A DNA stretch of 61,306 nt, the filler included. It is 10 parts of 10 records of this genome, joined end to end, with 100 filler letters (N's around TTAATTAATTAA, not from the genome) between each part and the next. Parts side by side here need not be neighbours in the genome. Positions count along the whole stretch, not along the records: positions 44,905 to 52,283 come from SRR7504441_2263; positions 52,384 to 57,332 come from SRR7504441_2266; 8 more parts are not named here. One strand, written 5' to 3'. The translations under genes were made by a program, and so were the position numbers. Shown here in pieces: positions 45,037-55,312 of the stretch (positions are counted from its first letter, which is position 1; each line of letters starts with the position of its first letter). The notes beneath the pieces are model-generated. The model was not told the DNA's origin. It did not search any database and saw nothing but the letters and a program-made list of their open reading frames with translations.

Positions 45037-48000
45037 ATGGCTCGTGCTCGCCCGTTTTCGGAGGGCCAGCTGCTCGGATGGCGGCTCGGGATCACGTTGG
45101 CCTTCGGGCTCATGGCGCACTACGGACTGATGCGATGCGAGAGCGGGCGGGATGTGGTGTGGAATCTGAGCAACGGTGTGTTGTGACTGATCCCCGGGCT
45201 GACCGGCCGGCCCAGCGATCCGGTCCTACCTGGTGCAAGACCCGCTCGAGTCTCGCGGGGTGCTCTGGCAGGTCGGTGACATGGTGGACGCCCTGGGTCT
45301 GCAAGGCCCGCTTCTGATCCTCGGATACAAGTGGGACCGGCGGGCCTATTTCGAAGGGATGCGCCAACGGACCGGCAAAGTATCACCGTTCGTGAGCGGC
45401 GTGGCGCTGCACGACTACGCCGAGGTGGCCCAGCTGCTCGAGAGCCCCACCCAGCGGCGAGGGCCCTTCTACGGCGGCCGCACCCCTTCAAGCTCTTGCA
45501 TGGTGTGGCTGCGGGCCGTATAGGCTCACGGCTTGCAGGCCCATTCCAACTTGATGTTCGCGAGCACCGGCCCCGAGAGTCGAGCCGTCCGCCAGTTCCT
45601 CGTGGATGCTGTTCACGGGCTCCATCAAGGCCACGCGGGCTTCTCGGAAGACCTGCTCCCCGAGCCCCCGGTGAACCGCCCCCGCTGCCGGTCAGTCTCC
45701 TCACTCGGATGCAGTGCACCACCCTGCAGTGCGGCAGCCAGACGGACCAGATGGCCCGGTGCGGGCGTGGGGCGGGCTGGCGGGATTGGCGGGCCAGTGA
45801 GCTCCTTCGTAATTTATGGTTCCGGTTGCTGGGGCAAGTGCCTGGGCTCGGAGTTATGGACGATCTGATGCTCTACAGAAAGGAAGGGATCAAATGTCTT
45901 TTGCTCTCATCAGTTTCACACGGGCTAGTCTCAGCCGCAAGGCATCGGCCGGGCCCGAGACCCTGCCTGATCCGCGTGGCAGCACTCTGCAGATCCGGAG
46001 CATCGCTCTCGAAGCAGCCAAGCACACGCCGGTGGGGCGCAAGCTGTTTGAGCGGGCCATGGGAGAGCTTGGCAAGTCAACAGACGAGGCGAACGATCTG
46101 GTCATGCAGCTGGTGATGCTCGGTGCTCCGGGAGCTCAGGCAGGGCAGGTCGACGCGATCCTCAAGTATGGAGCTATCGACAGCAGCAACTGGGCCGAGC
46201 AGACCATCACCCGGATCAGGAGCGACCCAGCGCTGTATGTGCCCATGTGGGAGCGAGACTCTAAAAGCTTCCTCCTGGAGAGTCCGCCGCCTCCGATCTG
46301 GGTAGTGTGCTGAGCGACAGGCCAGGCGCACGGCTGCAGCCTCCCGTGACCAGCGTGACAACCCTCCTGGAGGCGCCGCGGCGGTTTGACGTCGGCTCTG
46401 GGTTCCGGGGCACCGGCTTTGCCTCTGTCGAGCTTGCTGCCAACACGACGGTGAGTCGAGAGCTCGGGCAGTGGCTGAGCCTGGATCAGGTGACGCTTGT
46501 GCTTCAGACAGCCAACCAAGACCCGAAGGTGTTTGGCGGGACCGCAAGGTCGCTGGCCCAAGCCAGAATGTTCAACCCGTCTAGAGGCCAAGACGAGTTG
46601 AACCAGATCTTAACTTTCAACGGGGTGTACAGCAGAGTGGAGAAGGCTGAGTCGCTACGAGGCTGCATCGCGACTAAACTCTCAATGGACCTTGTCAAGA
46701 AGCTGGTCGACAGGCACTTGCCCTCCAAGAATGCGCAGCCGATCGGTCTTTCGTCCGAGTCTGACTGGCTGCCATCAGAGAGCCGACTCTCGGATACGAT
46801 TTATTCACTGCAGGATTCTATGCTCAATAATGAGATCCCTTTTGGACTGCTGATGGGCATGTGCTTGTTTGCGATCTTGTTCGTCAAATTTGCGCTCCAG
46901 TACGGCCATGCGACTGGTCGTTACTGCAGCTACCTGCTGGCCATGGTCGCGTACTGTATTGGCAAGCTGCTCCGGCGAGACATTATCTGCCACCATGCAG
47001 TGCCCTTCATGGCCAGCGCTCAGGCCGAGATCCTCTACATTGTGATGGCGCACGTACGAGACCCGCGCTCGCTCAAGAAGCTGGACATAGGTCCCCGACT
47101 TGTCCAGCCCGTGCCAGGCATGCCGTTCCGGATTGCCTACGTGCTCTACTTCCACATTGTGCTGTTGGGCCTCGAGACAATGACCGATGACTTTCCATTC
47201 TACAACAACCTCTCGGAAATTCTCATGTGGCCGGCAGGATTTGGTCTCATCTTTGCGTTTGGTCTTCTGGCTTCGCGGGAATCACACAGTGGCAATGCTG
47301 TGAGTCTCAAGCTTGGCATGGCTGCAGTGGTGATCCAGTTTCTCAACAGCATCTGGCCGCTCTATGTGCAAGACGGCCTGTATTACCAGCTTTACTCGTG
47401 CCTGGCCGACATGGTAGTAATGCCAATTGTTATCAATGCGTGCAAGGCTGCTGATGATCGTGTGTCCGGATGGGGTGCTATGTATGTCGATACTGAGGAG
47501 CTCGCAGACCCCCGGCAGAAGAAATTCTTCAGGAACGACAAGCTGCTCAAGTTTGCTGCCGACGTGGCGGAGAAGCACAGACAGGAGCTGGACGAGGCAT
47601 TCGACCAGCCGGATGACGCGAGCAGGAACAAGAAGATGCTTCAGATCATGAATCGTCTATTGTTTGACCAGTTTGATGTCAACAAGGACGGCTACATCGA
47701 CCAGCGTGAGCTCTACAGTGTGCTCGACTCGATGGGCTTTGACCAAGGAGACGAGCATGTACAAGAGCTGATAGCTGAAGCTCTCGAGAGACAAAAGCTC
47801 TCGAGGACCTCCACTCGGGACTCTTTGGTTGCGCACTTGTCTGGTGAGAGCCCTGGTGGAAAGACAGGCCAGAGAATCGACTACGACTCATTCTGTCGCA
47901 GCACCTTGGTGACAGACTTCCTGCAGAAATTCAGCACGGCAGCCGCAATTACGAAGCAAGTGGCCAACACCCGGGCTGTCAAGCTGTGGTGGTTCATTAC

Positions 48001-50058
48001 TGGTGCCGCCGTGTTTCTGCTTGTGGCGATGGCGGCACCTGTCTTTCACCAGGCGGTTGCAGGCGGCACACTGTGCTTCTTTGAGTGCGATCTGGTCAAA
48101 TACCCTCAGGCTTGTTCAGCTGGTGCCACAAATCTGGATACAATCGATACGCACACGCGCAGTCTCTACCGAGTTCTGAAGGTTCTTGCGAGCCCGAGAA
48201 ATGAAAGCGGCGGGATTGACTTTACAGACCCGGCAGTGCTTGGTACCGCGGCGACTGTTCCCACCTACAAGATGACCCTGCCAAAGAAGAATCTCGTCTA
48301 TTGCCCCAAAAGCTACGGGGTCCGCGTTCCGGACAGCTGCACAATTCCGACCAAAGGGGACAACACTGAAGGAATCGCTACCCAGTTCTCCACAGTGTTG
48401 TTTGAGGCGCTCCGGAACAACATATTCTATCCGCTCAGCGACATTTCGACCATGTGGCCGGAGCCTGAAAAGGCGCCTGCTATTCTTGAAGCAGGGAGCA
48501 GAGCGGAGCTCAAGATGCTTGAGCTCTACCCCTGGACAGAACTTCAATCGGATGAGGCACTCTCAAGGTTTGCATTCGCTGGAATCGCAGCTCATCGGAT
48601 GGAGCGAGTGGAAGGCGATGGCGAGATCAAATTCAGGAACGAATGGGCTTGGATGAGTCAGTTTCAGACTCGCCCAGGCTTTGAGCGTTATGGGGCAAAT
48701 GCATACTTTGATGCGAATGGCACTCTGGTCAAGATGTTCTGGTCGGAGATAGGTCGCAACATCACGAAAGGCGATCCGAATTGGGAGCATGTCAAGTGGG
48801 CCTTCAAGTAAGCTTTCAACTATGCAGTGACGAAAACTCATACATGTATTGGCGCAGGTGCACAGTCCTATCGGGAGCGACTGTTAAGGATCATTTGGTT
48901 GGGGTGCATTTTATGGCTTCAAACTTCATGACGACTTCCTCAGTCGAGAATTTGAGTCCTGACCATCCCATCCGGCGGCTTCTCCGACCACACACGTGCG
49001 CATTTTAGCTCTTATGTGCCTGTCGACAGTTGTCGTAGCTGTGTGCGTTGTGACTGTGTCGTAGCTGTGTCGTAGCTGTGTCGACAGAGATTTATGTGTC
49101 GACAACCCACTGACGAGGGCTAAATCTGAGGTTCCATGCATAGGTTCGGTGCGATTGAGATCAACCTCGGAGCTGTGAAGACTCTTGCTGTCGAGGGTGG
49201 CACCGCACACAGGTGCCCTGGCTTGCTCACAGCAGTTGAGCATCGTCTATGTGCCAGGGCGAGCTCTCTCACTTGGAAGGGGCTTCAAGATGCCCTAGCT
49301 GCAAGCTATAAGCTGAACAGATTCGTCAACATTCGTGCCATCATGAAGATGACCAAGATGGATAGAGTAATTGCAGACGATGAGACCCGATCGCTGGACC
49401 AGGAACTCTACCCATACGGCCGAGATCACGAAGAATTTGTGGGTGTCGTTCACAAGCTGGTTAGCTCCTACGTCGATGTGTATTATGCTACAGACGCTGA
49501 TGTGACCAGCGATCACGAACTCGCCCAATTTTGGGACGGTAGCGCCCTGATCTGCTCTCCACCTGTGACTTCCTTGCTGGCAGGGCTTCATGTGCAAGAA
49601 CCGTACTCCCTATTCCCACGTTTGACTGACAAGGGGATCTTGAATGATATCTTGACAACCTACATCACTCTTGTCACTGGCATACACAACCAGGTGGGCC
49701 AAACCCCGGCTGCTCTTATTGCTGGGGTTTGTAGGTTGGCAACGTTGCTGATTATCTCGTCGATCCGACCTTTGCGGCAGCTAAGATTCGACCTGGCGCG
49801 ACTTCCTCCGACATACAAGCGACATTCCAGGGTCTCAATATTGGCCTCATGACTTCTCAGCTCACTCCTCGGCTGCTGAATGATTGGAAGCATCTGCTCC
49901 TCGAGGATGAGCATCTCGGCAAGACTCGACAGATCTTTGACGAGTTCCAGAGCGATCTCAGGCAACTTAGCGATGAAATCGATGAACGGAACGAGAAGCG
50001 GCGGTTCCCGTGCAACGCGTTCAATCCCAAGACCATGGTGGCCGCGGTTAGCATTTGA
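45037..50058 (+). CDS. Fusion protein: CYP74-clan-like cytochrome P450 - ~7TM - EF-hand - TM - lipoxygenase (about 1457 aa)
   Basis: 13 predicted introns (45176-45215, 45503-45538, 45671-45714, 45759-45797, 45942-45982, 46113-46148, 46282-46325, 46451-46489, 48808-48857, 48996-49143, 49213-49257, 49539-49583, 49694-49734) leave 4374 nt of continuous frame. P450: ESARLQPPV, ANQDPKVF..FNPSR, TFNG...RGCIA. LOX: DHLVGVH, HPIRRLLRPH, HNQVGN and C-terminal AVSI. Confidence 0.85.
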
Positions 50059-50288
50059 GCTCACTTACTGCAGCTCAGAATTATCACATGCAACCTAGTT
50101 GCATTTTTACTTGCAATGGCAAGCCGATTTTACAGTACGTTTAGGCAAATATAGTACATGACAATCATGCATAATAATTGTATTCAAATGCACATGTTTG
50201 TATCTGAGGATAGCGCCGTCTTTATTTTGAATCTATGAGCGCACTCATGATGGGCCCCAATGTAGACCCCGTGCATGAATTTAAAAAT

Positions 50289-52283
50289 CTATGAGTTGCG
50301 TCGAATCACCTCGTCACTGAGCGCCTTGGCTTCAGCAGCATAGTTGCGGTCTTGGCGCTCAGCAGGCCGCATCATTGGCTGCCCCTGCGCACCAAGCTGG
50401 GCAGGATGATAGGTAATATGAATGGGAAGAGCTTCGCGCGCCCAAGCTGGTGGCGCTACCAAATCGTGCCCTGTCCCCACTGATCAGCAGACCATTTCCA
50501 AGCAGCTAGGCGAGCTCACCTCGATACTCACGTGGTGGCGCGCGGCCTGAATGTGGCCGTTGCTCCCCCAGAGAGTGGAGCGTCCTATCTACCCTGCTGT
50601 GCAGCTCTCCGATTGTCATCTTAGGAACTGGCTTCATCACCGGATGGACAGTGCGGTAAACAGGCTGAGGAATAGCCTCGGGTTCAACAGGTGCCCTGGC
50701 TGGCATGTCCAGAACCGTACCCATGGGCTTGACAGGAATGTCCCTATACGTGGTGGCCATCCCAAAGTGCCATGGCCTCTCATTGATAGGCAGGTGGTGG
50801 CTGCGAATGCTCCCGTGCTGCTCGACAGATTTCTTGAAGGCTGGAGCGGTCACCGGGTCCTTCTCCTCGAAATGCGGATCATCCACCACATAGTCCTTAG
50901 CAACCGGTTTGGGCGACAGCGAACGCGATTGGCTGCACACACCCATCAGGCTCCTGCATGCACTTACTGCGGCACCTGCTTTTGCCCTTCCGGCCCTTCC
51001 TCGTCTGCTTCGTGCTACTCAGTACCTCCTTGAATTGAAGCTTGGACTGCGAGATCAGATCACTCTGCGACAACCCGCTGCCCTTGCCAAACAGCTCTGC
51101 CGCCACTGCGGGGTCCTGGGTCCAGTCTGAACGCGGCAGCTCGCCATCCTCGAGGTCGATGTCACGCTCCTCGTACGCAGCAACATCAATCGCCTGCTCT
51201 GGTCGTTCAATGGCCTGACTCATCTCCTCTGATGTTAGTCCGAGTAGGTTGCTCAGAATAGCCACCCCATCATGCCCCACAGCCCGAAGGCTGCTCGACA
51301 TGGCAAGCAGCAGGCAGCTCTTGGCACACGCCGTAAACTGCTTCATGTCGAGCCCACCGCTCCGTCCGGCTCCGGCCCCGCCAGCGCTAAAGTACTCCAG
51401 GCGCACTTGCTGCACACCTACGAGCCCCGGGGAGATACCAAACTCGGAGAGGAAGTGCATCATCTCTGTCAGGTTGATTCTCTTGCCCTGCTCCGCGATA
51501 TCGTCAAAGGTGGCCCGCCTGTCGGCACCAGAGTCAGCCTCGCTGTTGCTGGCGGCATTCACTTGGAAGCTGTCGAGCGTGCGTGGCGCAGGAAGATCCG
51601 ACGCAGCACGAGATTGCGACTCATCCCGCCCGGGTGTACTGCTTCATGTGGGGCAGGCACACGCTCACGGCGGCGCGTTGCACGGCTGCTGCGGTCCTGC
51701 CACCGAACCTTGGATGAGGCTGGCACTACGGTTTCATCCACACAGCCGCTCTGCAGGGCGTTCAAAGCCACCTGGAGCCCAAACAGGTCAGGAGCTACCA
51801 CATGATAAGCGCACCTCGCATAATTTGGCCTCTGCGTGTTGTACAGTGTACACATCGCTCATCAGGTAAAGTGCATGCCTGAACTGCGCTGCCACGCGCC
51901 GATATTGTGCATCATGCGACGAGATTGCTTGTACGAGAGCAGGCTTGCCAGGAGCCTGGAAGGACCACTGGACTATTTTCTTGTGGAAGTGACGAGGCAC
52001 TTGAGGTATCAGCTTGGCCGCCATTGCCTCCAAGTCTTGCACCAGCCTCGACTGCGGATTTGCGAGTGGCGGAGGTTGCGGGTCCGTCGGAGACGGCTTG
52101 AATTCCTCGGGGTCTGCAAGCGGGACTCCGATCTCTGGTACAGGGCTCGAGGGGCTCGGGGCAGAGGTGCCGCTCCACACAGGCTCCACGGAGGCATGTC
52201 CCTTGTGAGCAGGCACTTCAACTTTGGGCTGCTTTTCCTTTTTGGCCCGGTATGCCAGTCCTCGCCTGTACTGCTCGATGCTG
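50289..52283 (-). CDS. Hypothetical multi-exon protein with degenerate EF-hand-like helices, 5'-truncated
   Basis: Chain of - strand ORFs (51788..52216, 50897..51562, 50506..50946, 50289..50480) separated by intron-sized gaps; RINLTEMMHFL and LDMKQF segments. Confidence 0.45.
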
Positions 52284-52525
52284 NNNNNNNNNNNNNNNNN
52301 NNNNNNNNNNNNNNNNNNNNNNNNNNNTTAATTAATTAANNNNNNNNNNNNNNNNNNNNNNNNNNNNNNNNNNNNNNNNNNNNGAACTCCTCTAAAATAG
52401 GGATAAACTATTAAATTGCGTAACATTACATGTAAGCTTAAAATCATGTACGGTACGATAGTACCAATCATGACGAGTATTGAAGTTCTTGGCCGTTGCC
52501 TCATCATTGCTCGATTACACACCGA

Positions 52526-53750
52526 TCAATGTGAGAATTGGAAGATGGCTCGCGAGCCGTAATCATTGTACAATGCACGCGTGACCCACTGTGACTGAAA
52601 ATGTGGCATCGATGATATTATCGATCCGCCAATCCAGGGGTTCTTGTCGCGATCCGGTCCGGCCACCACATTGACCTCATGCGGATGGTAATTTGCCTTC
52701 AGATCAGCTGCCAGCCTCTCCGGCACTGCACCCTCCAGTCAGACCAAGCTCATCAAAACTACATCAGCTGTCAGACTCACAGTTTGGAAACATCGAGCCG
52801 CCACCACACACCACAATATTTTCGCGCAATAACGTCTGGATCTCGACGTCGCAACGGCCCACGCAATGGTACACCTCATCCACGATCGTCGAATCAACCC
52901 AAAAATCATTATCAGCGGGGTGGCCGCCTGAGAAGAGCAGCTCTGGACAGCGTATCAACTGGTTTTGCACCGTGAGCTCGGTCAAATCTGGTAGCTCGTA
53001 CACCTTCTCCTTGCCACCAAAATTGCCCAGATCGGTGCCAAAGTCCATAGAGAGGTAGCACAGCTTCTCCTTGACCTGGCGAGCGTCTTCAAAAGTCACT
53101 CCTGGCTGCTGGAGCTCTGCCCCGAGCATCTTGCGCATGTAACCGTCCAGCGTATTGCCACCCAGTTCCAGCTTCCTGAACGCATGCGGCAGCGAGAACC
53201 CCTCGTACGAAGGCTGGACCGTGGTGCAATCGAAGCCAAAGTCCACAACCAGCGCGGTAGAGCGACCAGCAGCATACATGGCCAGCGTGCTCTGGTTCTG
53301 GAGAGAGAACCTGCTGGCCCCAAACTGTTCGAACATGACTTGGCACGGCATCTCGTCGTTTGCCGCGCATCCCGGGGTCTTGTAGGTCAGCATCACTGCC
53401 TCGTCCGACAGCTCCGATCCAGCCTCGGTGTGGCCAAGCCCAGCGAGAGCGTGCCGGTAGACCGCCTGAGCCCCGTCCCAGCAATGGACCACCCCGCCCT
53501 GTATCGGCCGTTCCAGATTGCAGATCCCACGCCGCGCCATGGCGGCCTCGCCCACCGGGTGCACATCTTCCGCAGGAATCATCGCGCCGATCGCCGGCTT
53601 GCACGCCGCCTTGAGGTGGCCTACCACCGTCGGAAAGCAGAGCATTGGCTCGTCGCTGCCGGAGGGCCCGGCCTTGGTGAAACCCGAGCCCGCGTCGATC
53701 ACGATGGCTGTGCATTCGTCTTCGTCTCCCCACTCGTCCTCGCTGGACAT
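52526..53750 (-). CDS. Divergent actin-related protein
   Basis: IVIDAGSGFTKAG, FPTVVG, AMYAAGRSTALVVDFG, VKEKLCY, YELPD, NIVVCGGGSMFP and WIGGSIISS. One intron near the 3' end. Confidence 0.9.
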
Positions 53751-53832
53751 TTGTGTCGGTGTGCAGCCACCCGGCGGTGTGGCAGCCACTCCAACGGCAA
53801 TTTTCGGCCTTACCGGACATTCACCGTGCAGC

Positions 53833-55089
53833 ATGCGGGCATTGATCAGCTGGCTGCTGGCGCCCGTGGTACTCGCACTGGACGGGCAGATGCGCGATCT
53901 GCACCAGTTCTGGAGCGGCTTCCGGGACCCAGCCAACGGGCTTTGGTGCGACCATCTGCCCTTCACCGACGGCGTGTGCGGCGACCCAGGGATGCGCCGG
54001 TACTCGAGCGCCGGGGTGGGGATGGGCCTAGTCTCGGACGCGGTCTTCGCTGAGCTCGGCCTGCACAATCGGACCGCCGGTGCTGCGCGAGCCCTGCAGA
54101 CGATCAACTCGCTGCTCGACCGCTGGCCCAAGGAGCCCCGTTACGGGTTCTACGCCCACTGGGTCTCAGCTCCAGACTTCAGCCCACCGGCGTCCACCTC
54201 CACTGTGGATACCGCCGAGATGGCGCTTGGGGCGCTCCTGGCGGGCAACTATTATGGCGGTCCGGTGGCGCAGGCTGCCAAGCGGCTGACGGACAACATC
54301 TCCTGGGCGGCCGCGGTCACGAACGACAGTGTGGTGGGCTCCTTTAGCTTCGAGGGAGGCATTGCCAGCGGCGGATTCCGACCGTTCAACGAGTATTATA
54401 CTGTGGCCTACTTGGCAGACCTATACAGCAGCCGATCGTCGGCCGCTGCAACATACTTTGAATCATACTGGGGCAGGGAGGGCAAGCCAACCAACACACG
54501 AGGCTGCCCCGAGTTCGCGACCTACCGCGGCCTCGAGCTCATTACTGGCGGCTGCACGGCCGCCGCGCCTGTAGGTAAGTCGTCACATTTTGTGTCCAGC
54601 TTTGCGCTGCTGTTTAACAATTATTTAACAAGAGGTTTCCGGACCAACCGTTATTATGCGGAGACGCTGATGCCCAACTGGCGGCTGGCGGACATGGGCT
54701 ATTGGGACTCGATTCTGAACCAGTCCAGTCTGATGTGGGGCCATCCAGCGAAGGGCAAGCTATGGGGCTGTGGGGCAGGGCCATCTCCATCAGGGTACGG
54801 GGTCGACAGCATCGGTAACGCAGTGGTGGCTTCGCCGCACATTATGGCTGGTTTCTTGGACCGGGCCAACGCTACACTCGCTGCCACCATCCGTGGACAG
54901 CTTGCCTGGATGCGCCGGACCGGCGTTTGCATGTACCAAAAGGCAACGGTGCGGGTGCCGTGGCGTTGCTCGCTGGAGGAGCCGCAGTGGCGTGCCCCGA
55001 GTGCCGACGTGATAGACTTCTCAACGATGGTTCTGGGCTATGCCACCATATTCCTCACCGATGATTTTTTCGGACGGTTTGCACCTTGA
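53833..55089 (+). CDS. Secreted glycoamylase-like / beta-1,2-glucanase-clan (GH144/GH162-like) hydrolase, intronless
   Basis: Signal peptide; SSAGVGMGL, GFYAHW, STVDTAEMALGALLAGNYY and FNEY resemble the (alpha/alpha)6 SGL-clan motifs. Confidence 0.6.
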   Translation: MRALISWLLAPVVLALDGQMRDLHQFWSGFRDPANGLWCDHLPFTDGVCGDPGMRRYSSAGVGMGLVSDAVFAELGLHNRTAGAARALQTINSLLDRWPKEPRYGFYAHWVSAPDFSPPASTSTVDTAEMALGALLAGNYYGGPVAQAAKRLTDNISWAAAVTNDSVVGSFSFEGGIASGGFRPFNEYYTVAYLADLYSSRSSAAATYFESYWGREGKPTNTRGCPEFATYRGLELITGGCTAAAPVGKSSHFVSSFALLFNNYLTRGFRTNRYYAETLMPNWRLADMGYWDSILNQSSLMWGHPAKGKLWGCGAGPSPSGYGVDSIGNAVVASPHIMAGFLDRANATLAATIRGQLAWMRRTGVCMYQKATVRVPWRCSLEEPQWRAPSADVIDFSTMVLGYATIFLTDDFFGRFAP

Positions 55090-55312
55090 GGGACACGTGA
55101 GGGAGGAGATCATTGACGACGATTAGACGACGATGGGATTGAGAACCAGCCAACCTTACATATACAAGTTCCACTGCCCTTGCACTAACGCTGTACACGG
55201 CCTGGAAGGCTCTCGGCCGGTAGCACTCCGAAATGTTACCAATGTAAATATTAATACAGTAAATAAAATGCATTAAAATGTTAACGGCATTTCACAGCGG
55301 GTCTCGCCAGCA

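Noticed and set aside
98-50058. Lipase + PLC + START + P450-LOX as an oxylipin gene cluster
   Set aside because: They lie on different contigs joined arbitrarily, so there is no evidence of physical linkage.
45037-50058. Frameshifted pseudogene or alternative genetic code as the explanation for broken ORFs
   Set aside because: Every break is resolved by a GT-AG or GC-AG intron that restores conserved motifs. Standard stops end the genes.
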